From Seison nebaliae (Eukaryota), in contig JALJEE010002086.1 of the NCBI GenBank assembly GCA_023231475.1, forward strand, positions 1-64,000: DNA of 64,000 nucleotides. The letters are read 5' to 3'. The notes beneath the pieces were generated by a model. It searched no databases and was not told the origin of the DNA. It was given only the letters and a program-made list of their open reading frames with translations. The first letter of the stretch is position 1, and every line of letters begins with the position of its first letter. This document shows positions 51,857-64,000 of the stretch, in pieces. A program made the position numbers and the translations under genes.

Positions 51857-53966
51857 ATGAACAATTTTATTTATATTCCCGTCACCTTCTTCTTGTTGTG
51901 TTTGGTGTTACTCCTCTTCTCTCTCATTTACTTCTATATCGTTAGTTTTTCCCATTTTGCCATCCGTTTATCGAATCTTTCCATTTATACAGGTTTTACC
52001 ATTTATTGCTCAAAAGAAACATCGACGTCAACAACGACTCAATCAATCCAGATATTCAGATGTTGATAATTTCTATGATCTACAAGAATATTCGATATCG
52101 AAAGAGAAATTGAAAGCCGTTCTGATGAGAGAATGGTTGAAAAGTGGCTGTTGTTTCAATTCGAAGAATCGGAATAAAGTTCCATTTAATTTTCTTATCT
52201 CGTGAAGTTTAACGTTATTCATTTAACAGTCAATGAAGAAGTGGAATGATGATAATGAAACCAATGGAACATTATCGAATCGAGTAGAAGATATTTATGC
52301 CATTACCTCCTTATCCGGAAATGACGACCATCAATTATATGAAAAGCGAATGAATAATTTCACTAATCGGAGTTCCACTCCCATCGAATTAGAGTTTCAT
52401 ATTTTCTTCTTTTATTTTCCATCAATCAACTCTCGTGTTTAACAATTATATATTTTCTCTCAATCATCTTATCATTTCAGACAACAACATAAGTTAGACA
52501 ATGAGACTCTGTCGTTATCGAAAGCGATGAAGAAGAAGAAGAAGAAGAACGAAACGAAAAAGCAAACAATAATTTACGAGCCGAATAGAACTACGATAAA
52601 TCATCAGGAGAAATCGACAGATAAACAACGTCGTCGGAAAGAGGAGAAGGAAGAATATAAGAAACAACGAATAAATGTCAAGACACAGACCAAATATGAA
52701 AGACGTCGAAGTTCTTTTAGTGATTGCTCAGAAAAATCTTTGATTTCCATTCCAGAAGATGACGACGAGGAAGAGAATGAAGTGAATAAAAGGAGACAAT
52801 CAATGTTTATTCATTCACCAGCCAACTTGCCAAAAAGACAAAAAGCAACAATCCTTCCTTATCGTTCTCTCCAGGATTTGACGATGAACCTCTCACTCAA
52901 TGAGACGAAAGGTGATGGTAAGAAAGAGCAGATATATCAGCTAATTCCTATTCATCCAATTCATCTCAAAGATTATTTTACCGTATCCAATCGCCATTAT
53001 ATTTCTTCATCTTATTTATCTCCTCCATTACCACCTCGATCTACCCATCATCTACCCGAACAGCAATCATTATTTCGCAACCAAATCAAATCAACTTATC
53101 CAGTATATACCATGTCGAATGGTCATCATAAATCCAGTTATGATATGAATGAAGCTAAATCTCTGCAATATCATAAGAAGGATCATCCTAAGGTATTTTA
53201 TCCATACAATATTATTGACAATTACAATTATACACAAACCGCGTCATCAACCACACTCCATCGACCACAATATTATCAATCTGATCTCTTCTATCCAACG
53301 CACAATGTCGTCAATCATTCATACCCACCAACAGATATCTGTCATTGCTCTCCAACCCGACGAGATGGTGATCGAATGTCTCATTCAATGTACAGTTCAA
53401 ATTCGTCAACTACATCTCCTACAACCGGATCATTTCAATCATTCGATAGAACAATGAAAAAGAAACATCGTTATCGACGAGGTGAATATATAACGGAATA
53501 CATCATCGAAGATAGAGACGATGCAAATGAGAAAATGTTGGAGCGTGGCAACAAGAACGATTTTCCTCCATTCTCCCAACCAATTTCAGGGAGTCGATTG
53601 GACAATTTATTGACATCGACGCATAAGAAACATGGAAATAAATCATCTCCTTTCAAAATACAAGAAGATAATACGGTAGAAAGTGATGATGAAAATGATG
53701 AAGAAGGAGATAAATCTATGAAGAACGGCCATACAAATACGATTGGTGACGATAATTTCTATTTTAGTCGTTCGAACGAAGTTGACGGAACTCAAGTATT
53801 CGAAAATATTCGAAAGATAAAGAATGAACATCGAAAAAACAAAGAAGAATTGAAGCAATTCCTTGAGAGGACAATCATCAACGAAGAAACCGTTTCATCT
53901 GCTGATGGAGCATCGATCATCAATAGTCAGAAAGCTGATAATAACGAATTGGCGACAGTATTATAA
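51857..53966 (+). CDS. Orphan N-terminally anchored membrane protein (~639 aa) with long disordered tail, 4 exons
   Basis: Hydrophobic first exon FIYIPVTFFLLCLVLLLFSLIYFYI. Introns 51941-51992, 52179-52229 and 52394-52480 join four ORFs in frame (1,920 nt). Ends ELATVL*. Confidence 0.7.
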
Positions 53967-55175
53967 TATATATATATTAAATTTCTTTCCTTTTCATCAT
54001 CTCCTTTATTTCTCTTCATCTTTCCATTCTCTTTATTCAAAAAGAAAACGGTAAAAATCCATATTTAATCAGTACTTTTCAATTAAAAGTAATAAGAACA
54101 TAACTCGTCGATTTGACAATGAATATGAAATGAACATTCTTCTCAGAGACAAATCGACTTATCCATAAAGGAAAAGATTAAATCACATATATATCTATAT
54201 ATATATATATATATATATAAAGGAGAATCATTTCCCGATCATCAGCCAGAATACTCTTCAACAGATTATAACTTTCTCCAAATTTTCCCCCAAAATGCAG
54301 ATGAAACGATTAGTCGAAAATTCTATATTTTCCAAAAGGATTAGTAAATTGGAGGTGGAGAGGAAAATGGAAGTGTGAAGTAGTAGAGGAAGGAAAGTGT
54401 GCGTTCATCTCCTACAAATACCTTTTTAGTCGACACCAAATAGGAGTTTTGCGAACAATTTGGATTGAGGTATATATCTATCTATCTCATACCGTTTGTC
54501 TCACACCGTCTGATGAGATTTGGAGGAATAAATAAATTCATTTTATTTCCATGGGCGGTCGAAGTAATCGATGATAATGTCATTTCGAATGTTGATTGTC
54601 GTATGGAGAATGGGAATTGATTGAGAAAGGTAGATAGGTAAAAAGAGATAGGAGAATCCATGAGAATCGATGGAGATATACTATGAGGGAATTGAAGAAT
54701 CCAAAAGAAAATTGTTAAATAAGTGGAACAATCAAGACAATCATATTTCCATCGGAGACGAAATATAAAAACAAATACTTGAAAATATTCTTCTTGATTT
54801 ATTCTTGACATTATATCATCATTCCTTCTTGCACAATTCTTCCTTTTTTTCTCAGAGTTTGAGTGGCTTCAACAATCTCCATTTGTCGTTTTCCTTCGTT
54901 GTCGATTGGCCTCAATTTGCTGTGGCACGCATTTCGCTGATTTCATTATTCGTCTCAGGTCTCTCTCATTCTAATCAAAGAATAATTGATATTATACTCA
55001 TTCCAATCTGCCAATACGTGGAGGACAAGAAACCATTCAAATTTTCTTCTGTTACTTGTTCGCACACATTTCTCCCAATTCTCCCCCATTTACTTCCTCC
55101 TCCTCCTCCTTTCCATCATCGTTACATCAGAACAACAACCCATAAACGAAAAGTCTCATAAAACGACGAATTGAA

Positions 55176-57050
55176 ATGAATGAAGATAAACGAAAAATGG
55201 ACGATGCAATATTGTCATATCAGTCAATGATAGGAAAAACGGCAATGTCAACAACCAAGTTGAAGATGGAGGAGAATCAATGCACTCACTTCGGACAATG
55301 GCAACAACATGATACGCCACATGCGATGAACACAATTGGGGAGAATCCCATGTTTCTCAATCAACATCATCGAACGAAGAATGTCGGATTTATTGATAAT
55401 GAAATTACCGATAATTCTTCAACAGTTGTCGATGATCAGAAAAGAGGAGAAAATACTAAAGATCGTCGTTCACGATTGGAACGAGGAGAAAGTATTGCAA
55501 ACATCATTTATGAGAAGAAACAAATTAAAAACCGTATATCTTCGTGGCAAGCCGGTTGGAATGTAACGAATGCGATTCAGGTTCACATAAATTTATTTTT
55601 TTCACTTCTCATTCTTTTCCAGGGTATGTTCATGGTCAGTCTCCCATACGTCGTATTGCACGGTGGATATTATACTTTATTCTTTTTAGGATTCTGTTCT
55701 TTCATGGGCTATTATTCCGGCTGTATTCTAGTCGATTGTTTATACGAAGAAACTATGGTTCATTTATCATCATCATCTCAGACTGATGAATCGAATATCA
55801 ATTCTTCCAATATAAGAAAAGTGAATGAAATAAAAAAATTGGATGAAATAACCAGATTGAATAAAATTGAAAATCTCCCCAACTATTCATCAACAAATCA
55901 AGAATCGATGGCGTTGAATTGTGCGGAAAATGAAGTGTCGAATATAACCGATATCATTTCTGTCGAATATCGATGTAATGAGACTTTCTACAAGAAGATC
56001 GATGACAAATACATCAAATTCTCCCGAACAAGAATACGTGACACTTATGGCGATATAGCGGCAGCGGTAATGGGTGAGAAAATCGGTCCAATTATGGTAA
56101 ACATTGCACAAACTGTTGAATTATTAATGACGTGTACTCTCTATATGGTTTTATGTGGCGATTTGTTAGTAGGCGCTTGGGCACATACCCCACTCGATCA
56201 ACGAACATGGACAATATTAGCTGCCGTTTGTCTCGTGCCTTGTGCAATCATAAAACATCTACGAGCTGTCTCATGGTTGAGTTTCCTCAATACCGTCGTT
56301 CATGTCCTCATCAATATTATCATTGTCTTCTATTGCATCAGTCATATCAAAGATTGGCATTGGTCCGAAGTGCCGGTGAGAGTGGACATGAAACAACTAC
56401 CAATCTCCTTAGGAATCATTATTTTCAGTTACACTTCTCAAATCTTCCTTCCCACACTAGAAGGAAATTTGAGTGATAGACACAATTTCCGTCGTATGTT
56501 GAAATGGTCTCATATAGCGGCGGGATCGATGAAAACCGTTTTCGCCATTGTAGGCTATTTGACATGGGGAATGCAAACACAAGAAGTTATCGTCAATAAT
56601 ATACCAAGTGCATCCATGAGACGTTGTTTAAATGTTACTCTCGTCTTTAAGGCAATGTTCTCTTTTGCTCTTCCATTCTACGCAGCAGTCGAACTATTGG
56701 AAGGAATATTATTCGTGGATAGATCCTTTAGTATTTTCCCCTCTTGTTACGATGAGGAACATCGCTTCAAATTGTGGGCGATCATATTAAGAGTACTTTT
56801 AATTATCATCATTCTCTTAATGGCCATTCTCACTCCTCATTTCGCTCTTCTAATGGCACTGATTGGAAGTATATCAGGAACATTACTTTCATTAATATGG
56901 CCCGCATGGTTCCATCTTCGACTCAAATGGAATGACCTCTCTTTATCAGTAAAGATTTGGGATAGCTGTTTCATTGTGATCGGGGTCGCATGTTCCATCG
57001 CTGGAATCATAGATGCCACACGTGCTCTCATCAAAGTTTCAACTGTCTAA
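55176..57050 (+). CDS. SLC32A1: Vesicular inhibitory amino acid transporter (VGAT/unc-47), ~610 aa
   Basis: WQAGWNVTNAIQ/GMF after removing in-frame intron 55581-55622, then ELLMTCTLY, FSYTSQIFLPTLEGN, WSHIAA and PHFALLM. Confidence 0.95.
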   Translation: MNEDKRKMDDAILSYQSMIGKTAMSTTKLKMEENQCTHFGQWQQHDTPHAMNTIGENPMFLNQHHRTKNVGFIDNEITDNSSTVVDDQKRGENTKDRRSRLERGESIANIIYEKKQIKNRISSWQAGWNVTNAIQVHINLFFSLLILFQGMFMVSLPYVVLHGGYYTLFFLGFCSFMGYYSGCILVDCLYEETMVHLSSSSQTDESNINSSNIRKVNEIKKLDEITRLNKIENLPNYSSTNQESMALNCAENEVSNITDIISVEYRCNETFYKKIDDKYIKFSRTRIRDTYGDIAAAVMGEKIGPIMVNIAQTVELLMTCTLYMVLCGDLLVGAWAHTPLDQRTWTILAAVCLVPCAIIKHLRAVSWLSFLNTVVHVLINIIIVFYCISHIKDWHWSEVPVRVDMKQLPISLGIIIFSYTSQIFLPTLEGNLSDRHNFRRMLKWSHIAAGSMKTVFAIVGYLTWGMQTQEVIVNNIPSASMRRCLNVTLVFKAMFSFALPFYAAVELLEGILFVDRSFSIFPSCYDEEHRFKLWAIILRVLLIIIILLMAILTPHFALLMALIGSISGTLLSLIWPAWFHLRLKWNDLSLSVKIWDSCFIVIGVACSIAGIIDATRALIKVSTV

Positions 57051-58218
57051 ATTTAACTTTATCATGTTCAATTTCTTTTTCTTTTTTTCCTCATAAATAT
57101 TATCGGTTCGTTTAGAAAGTAGTTCATATTCGTCCCGTTTCATTTAAACACTTTTTCATCCTAAAAGTACATACATAAATATCTTTTATACAGAACGACA
57201 TTTTAATCATTTTAAATTATTTCGTCTACCAAAATTAAAGTTACCACCATCTTCATTAATTTATTACCACCAACTGACTTTATAAAGAAACACTTACCTT
57301 TATTTGACAGTTGATATCATAAATCGACTCCTGATGATAAACATTCTTGGCAGGTGAAAGTCCTCGAATGAAATATTCCTAAGTTTGAAGGTAATCAACA
57401 CCAAGGAAATATTTTTTCCTTTCGATTACCTCATCGATTGATGTCATCCTAATTAATCTTGTCAAATTTTCATCGAATTCATACAGATAGCAACACAAGT
57501 AGAAGATGTATCTCGAGAATGAAATTCCATATTCTGATAATTATAAATAACTGAATAATTGCCAGAAATTTCATTTTTTTTCATTAGCTGAAATGTTCGT
57601 CAGGAATTGATTTAATTGATTTATTCTACTTTGCAAATTATAAATTTCAGAAGTGAAAATTCGTTCATATTTTCTATCACAAATGGTAATCAATTGTTTA
57701 ATTAGTTAGTGTTAGTTTACACAATATTAAACTGGTTTTTTTTGGACCACTTTATCGTTTCAATGATGCTTAATAGATAAAATAGATAATAAGATAGATA
57801 GAGATAATATAGATAGCTAAAAATAAGCTAAAATGGGTCATAAACCATAAAAATAATTGTTCATTCAAGTATTCTCCTAAAGTGTATGAACATCGGAGTT
57901 TTACTAGAACTTACAAGAGAATGGTACGCGTTCGCATCCACCGTTTGACTCCAAAAAAACCATGCAGATATAAATAAAATAAAGTTAACGAGATGTGTAA
58001 ATTTTTTATCTTTGAGATAGGAAAATCATGTGAGAATAAAATGATAAATAATTCGATAGAAATTAGATTTTTTACAGAAGCGTGGCAGGTTTCACCGTAA
58101 AAAAAGAGTAAAAACTATGATTTTCAATAAATTTATAAAAATTCAAATCTATTCATTAAATTTTTTATAAATTGTTCATTCTTTTCCTCGTAATCGTTGA
58201 ACATCATTATTTTCGGCT

Positions 58219-60784
58219 TCATTTGTCGTTTTTGGGAAAAGTTAATCGTTTCCAGAAATGATTACAATTCAATTCATTCTCATCAGTCGAGGGGAGAATT
58301 GCGTCCCAATAATTTTTTATTGGGTCATTCTTTTTTTCTTCATTTTTACTCTAAACATGTGAGATATATTAAATAAATTATTCATTATAATAATATATAT
58401 AAATTCAATAAGAACGTTCGAGATAGAAGTAGAAGTAATTGGAACGATTTTGACGGGTGGTTTCTTCCAATTAAAATTCTTAAAAATAGTAAATGAGATA
58501 GAAAAGAATGAAAAAAAGAGAAAAACGTTCAATTCTCCAAATATTCTTTTGTAAAAAATATCAGAGTATTCATCACGGAATTTTTCCCATTTACTTCGCT
58601 GCTCTTTTGTCATACCTAGAGAAAAAATGAAGAAGAAAAGAAAGAAAGAAATGGTAACTTTGTACAATTTCAAACTTTAAAAATCGTTGAATGTAACTTC
58701 GCTCGAATTCGGTATGATGGACGACGGCATGCGTCAAATTGAAGAGCCAGTCGACAATGAGGAATAACTTATTGAGATAAGTGAAATGAAAAATGTTCTG
58801 TTTCGAAAATGAATTGTCTTCATAAATCTTGAGAATTTCATGTGTACAATTAAGTTGTTGGAATAATTTTTTAATGAAGAAAAATTGAATGGCATCTAAT
58901 CGACAAATGGAATAGTCTTCTAAAGAATGACGTGTCCACGTAAAAAGTGTTGACAATTTCTGATGAGATTTTCCCTGCTTGTCATTCGATGGAAAGAAAC
59001 CAGCAATAATCGGTCCGAATACGATGTAGTCGAAGAGACGGAATATATTTTTCTGGTAATAAGTTTTTCGAGTGACGGAAGCCAATTTGAATAGAGAGGG
59101 AATGAATGGTGATAAGAATAAATTTTGATTATAACTACGCGATATATCCACCACATGAGTCCAATCTTCGAACGCGTATTGACATCGATATTGACTTTCA
59201 CTATGACATCTGGCATGGATTCTGTCTCGATCAACATTCGCACGAGATATCAGACAAAACTGATCAAGTGGCAATGTCAAATTAATGAGAACAGTCTGAA
59301 TATCTTGTGAGAGATGAGCAAGTGCATCATCACATTGGTAATTTGGTGCGGTAGGAAGATTTCGATTCATAATATCTACCAAAATTCTCATATGTTCCAG
59401 ATTCACGGTTTTCATTAAATTGATGATACTATGTAGACAAATATTTCGATGAATTTGCTCTTTCGATTCTTCCTCCGTTAAATGAGTGTGTGGACGAGTC
59501 GTGGTAGTCGAATTAATTTCTTTACTATGTGCTTTCGATATTTGGTTCGTGGATACAGTGAGAAATATGGTGATGATACATTGAACTGTCATCAATTCAT
59601 TCTTGTTCTCAACCAGAATTTTCAATAGTTTACGAAAGAATTCAGCTGATTGGAGAAGTTCGCCAAGACGAGTGAATGGTACAAATCGAACGAGATGTCG
59701 AAAAACATCATCACTCACTTTCACCAATCTCCTCGACATTTTCTTCAACATTCTTTCTCGTTCGTGTTGAATGATATTTGTCAATAACAAAACGATTGAT
59801 CGAGCAAGACTAAAATCGAAATTTTTATTCTCTTTTTGATCGATGAGAAATAGAAATTTCTCCATCACTTTCAACTCATTCCAAAAGGCCAATGTCAATT
59901 CACTGTGTGGAAAAGTATTGAAAGTGGAAATGAGATAATCGAACAATTCCACCGTTGCAATCTTATCCAAATGGAGAACGAGTAAAGTGAGCACATTCTC
60001 CTCTCCCAAATCCACCACCTTTAACTTGACGAATCGCCAAGGTTGTTCCTCATTCAGTTTATTTCCGTCTATAAATGTATTAAACAATCGATTGGCATCA
60101 CCCTCATGGATAATGTCACGGAACCAAAAATAGAACATCTTCAAATTAATTCTCAAATTCATCCAATTCAACTAAACTCAACTAACTGTCAATGGAAATT
60201 TGCTGACAAAATACTTGAGAATATTCGCATAAATTGAATAGAAATAGTGTTTGACGTCCTTCACTAAAAGTCCTCGCGTTATTACCGTCATTACTTCCTC
60301 GTCACTCAATATCAATTGATGAATTCGTAATCGTCCATCTAATAAAACTTTCGATGCATTCGTGCACATTCTACAAATCAACAACAAATCAAGGAGTAAA
60401 ATCAATACTAACAACATTTTCTGAGAATTCTCATCCGATTTCTTCGGTGATGAATATACACCATCACTCCCAACTTCCATTTGACCAATTCCTAATATAT
60501 AGTCGATCAATTCTTTCATGTTTCCGCTCTCTTTAAAACTATTCAAATTAAATTATTTGCACAAACCTAAATTCTTTATAACAATTCGAGAAGTTTCTTA
60601 GTTTTTTCATTGTCTCCCAACGCGAACGTGGTTGTGTTCAACAAATTCCACGTTCTTATTCTGTCTCGCTCAGACGTCAATCGCACATTAATCTTCGGCA
60701 TTATTTTTCTCTTACAATAAACTCGTCAACTGGTAATTTTGGACGTTTGTGTGTAACATTTCGTTCAATTCGAACGTTCTCCAT
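58219..60784 (-). CDS. SAPS-domain protein (PP6 regulatory subunit-like), divergent, ~8 exons
   Basis: KLLEFF..MKELIDYIL, LLVLHLDKIATVELFDYLI, LAFWNELKVMEKFLFLI and KWEKF parallel SIT4-associated protein motifs. Ends inferred via short GTT-AG introns; terminal exons uncertain. Confidence 0.6.
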
Positions 60785-61754
60785 TTCTTCTTATCCTTTA
60801 TCTTTTAACTGAATTCTCTTCAAAATTTTATTCTTAAATTTTACGCTTAATAAAAAAAAATTTATATGTTTTGCTTTTATTCTTTTCTACAACGTATTTT
60901 TAACGATTTTATGTGTCATATAAGGCAGAATAATTCATAATATTAAAATAAATCAAAATCCCAAAAAATAAAATGGACAAAGATGACTTACAAATGTTAT
61001 TTATAAAAAAATTTTCAGAAATGAGTCCCTTAAATAAGTGCACTGGGAAATGGATGGATTGTTGAAAAAGTATCATTAGTTATTATTATTATTAGAAAAA
61101 GTTATTAATTGTTTACCGATAATTAAAAGTTCAGAAATTTTCTGAGAAATTCGGATAGTTGAAAATATAATGCCTAACTATAATTTTTAGTTTTTTTTCC
61201 TTATTCTCGTTGGTGAGAATGTTGGTAGGGAATAGGTATCGAAGGAAATTATAAGGGAAATTGAAGTGTGATCCATGTTTTAATTTTGATGTTTTTTGGC
61301 TTACAAAGAATTATATTTTAATATATAATAATTATAATTATATATTTTTTAATATTTTTTGTTAGAAGTTTTGCTAGCTGCTTTGTTTTAGATTTTATGA
61401 TGGTCATTTTCGATTGTTCTTTCTTCTCTATGTTTCCTGATCTTTATTTGACCCAATTGTCGGACGACATCATCAACATTAATTATTTTTTAATGATGAA
61501 ATTTGTTTGTTGGAAATTTCCGTATCGGTCCTACCAATGACATCCTAGAATAAGAAGCTCAATTATAAAGAATGAAATTTTTAAATGTTTGCGGAAATTT
61601 GGTGAACGAGCTAAACATTCGAATAGATGAGAGGTATCATTCAAATTGAATATTTGAAGACTGGTTAAGTAATCAGATTTGTATATTATATATTGTATAT
61701 ATGTATTATTACATGTGCATATAATATTTCTATATAATTGTTAATGATATAATA

Positions 61755-61785
<31 letters not shown>

Positions 61786-62047
61786 AATGTCAATGAATTA
61801 ATAAACAATCAAATGAAAAGTTGCAAGTGAAATTATTGTGAATATATTGTTTTTATACTAAATGAATTATAATTGAAGAATACACGCATATATCAAACAA
61901 TCTGCCTATAAAGGAGTGAAGAAGAAATTTAACATTTCTTTTTTTACAAACATTTCCAATCTCTTATATTCGCCAATATGTTTTGATGTAATGTTGTCGG
62001 AAAGGAGGTGATTTCCAGAAGATAATTAACCATTTTGTCAAGTGAGA

Positions 62048-63165
62048 ATGAATCGAATCAAATTAGTTTCTCAGGCGTTTTCAAATGCCAAATTTCATTT
62101 GGTAGGTGATCGTCAAGGAATCTTTCTTGCATCAGCAATACTTTTCATACATTTGTTCCATACGATTTCCTTTTACAATGTGGTACTCTTTCCACATTTG
62201 CATCGCGGTGATCTCTCAATCACAGTTCTCATCACTTATGGCATTTGTTGTCTATTGACAATCGTGTCATTTGTGAGAGCAATCTTTTCCCATCCAGGAC
62301 CGGTGAAATTGACGGAATTGGATGAAGTGGTATGGAAAGTGAATAGTTTATATTTGGAGAATGAGAAACTGGATCAGCAGACAATTCTTCATTATTGGGA
62401 ATGTATTCGCTCACTCCTCCAAAACAGTGAACTAAAACAAATGATGTATTTCAAAATTCGAGACGATGTCAATACTGAAAAGAATGAGAAGAAGAATGAT
62501 GAAATGATGAGGAAGGAAGAGAATGATTTGAATTTTGAGAAATGTTTGGATTGGTGTGACAAATATGTTGGAAATGATCGTTATTGTCGAGAATGTCGTT
62601 TGTTGAAAGGATATCAAATTCATCATTGTCGACGATGTCAACATTGTGTCAGTCGATTAGATCATCATTGTCCTTATATCAATAATTGTGTGGGAGCGAA
62701 TAATCATTGGTGTTTCACACTTCTACTCTATTACACATTCGTTCAGACATTATTCGCTTTCATCATTAGTATGCTCCATTTCTGGCATTGGGTCTCCGAT
62801 CAAGAAGAGTCACATATCTTCCTCATGCAACATCGAGAATTCATTTACATTCTCGTCCTCGTTAATTTAATTTTACTAGTCATGATTACCAGTCTCTCAT
62901 TCGTCCAAACTTGTAACATTTGTAAAGTTTCTTCTTCGTCTTTCTTCTCTTTTTAATCTCTCTTATTTGATGTCAGGGTGTCACTGTACTCCAAGCTATG
63001 TCTCATCGTCAACGGAATTATCAGTCCAATAATCTTTCAATGCTGAAACGATTCCAATTAGTGTTTGGGGAGACTCGTTTCTGCAATTGGTTCAATCCAT
63101 TCCGTTTCCATAAAATGATTATGCCAACGCCAGTTTTTACGTTGCCAGTCCAACAAACAGTTTAA
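62048..63165 (+). CDS. ZDHHC21: DHHC palmitoyltransferase, ZDHHC21-like (~355 aa), 2 exons
   Basis: HHCRRCQHCVSRLDHHCPYINNCVGANNHWCF, N-terminal FHLVGDRQG, and C-terminal VFG..WFNPFR after intron 62927-62976. Confidence 0.8.
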
Positions 63166-64000
63166 CATGGAAAACGCGATGGAATAGACAAAAAGAATGA
63201 AAATAATGTTTTCTTTTCAAATATTTTCTACGATTATTATTCTCACAATCTCTAAATAATCTTCTTACTCATTTGAAAGATAAGAAGTTGTGTGTATTTA
63301 AATTTTATAGAATTCTATCAATATTCCAATTGTTATTATGAAGCATCGTTCCAATTTTCTATTTATACAAATTTTATTAATTTCTCTCTACTTTCCCTTC
63401 TTTACTCGCATATAACGAATATTTCACAGTCTCTTCATTAAATTATCTAAAATTGTCAAAAAATCGTTTTGGGGAATGAAAATCATCATTCTTTTTTAGG
63501 GCAACTAATTCCAGAAATAAGTTTCATTTCATTTTCGAAAAGAAATCGAACAGAAGGAGGAACTATCTGTCAAGTCAAATTTTTCCTTTATATGAACACT
63601 GAGAGAATTAAGTGAGATAAATGAATGGTAATAAGATCAATAGATTTTATGTCGATTAATGGAAAATAATTAGGATGGTTTTTTGAAAGAAAATCAATAA
63701 TATTTTTAAACTGTTGACCATTGTGGAGAGAGATATGTATAAAAAAAATTGAAAAAAAAATAAAAAGATATTTTAAAATACAATCTGATATAAAGTGATA
63801 AAATTTGGGAAATATTTGTGGATGTCGAAATGAACATCTCTTCAATATCCTCATCGACAACTATGGAACGAATTGAGAAGAAATTGACAAATGAAAAATC
63901 CTTTTACGTAATGAAATAATTGGGAAAATGTGAAGGAAAGTTTGTGATAAGATCGAATTTAAATTGAAGACAATTTTCGACGAAGTCAGTTCACATTAGT

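Noticed and set aside
10448..57050. SLC6 plus VGAT as a neurotransmitter locus
   Set aside because: They are 43 kb apart with many unrelated genes between, and the SLC6 substrate is unknown.
61763..61784. (AT)n run, and similar AT/GA/GT runs near 4820, 10067, 44426, 44798 and 54196
   Set aside because: Ordinary microsatellites in AT-rich intergenic DNA.

Overview
AT-rich, gene-dense animal genomic DNA (nuclear receptor, SLC6, VGAT and CC2D2A point to a metazoan; the species cannot be identified from sequence). Introns are tiny, mostly 41-70 nt. Hand-built gene models: two orphan single-pass membrane proteins, an unknown coiled-coil protein, CHMP1, an atypical SLC6 transporter, a zf-C3Hc3H (KANSL2-like) protein, a giant ~4,750-aa TAF3-like protein, CHMP5, CC2D2A, an NR1-type nuclear receptor, VGAT/SLC32A1, a SAPS/PPP6R-like protein and ZDHHC21. 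Mobile DNA: a LINE RT fragment, a decayed Mutator-like element with TIRs and a 9-bp TSD, and a possible gag remnant. Most striking: (1) almost all inferred 5' splice sites are GTT rather than GTA/GTG, with frequent AAG acceptors; (2) CC2D2A carries a frame-enforced mutually exclusive exon pair and a large cassette exon; (3) the TAF3-like gene has a 13.4-kb exon; (4) the SLC6 has lost most Na1/Cl- ligands and the TM3 tyrosine. All exon boundaries were inferred by eye from frame continuity and remembered family motifs, with no RNA data or database searches.
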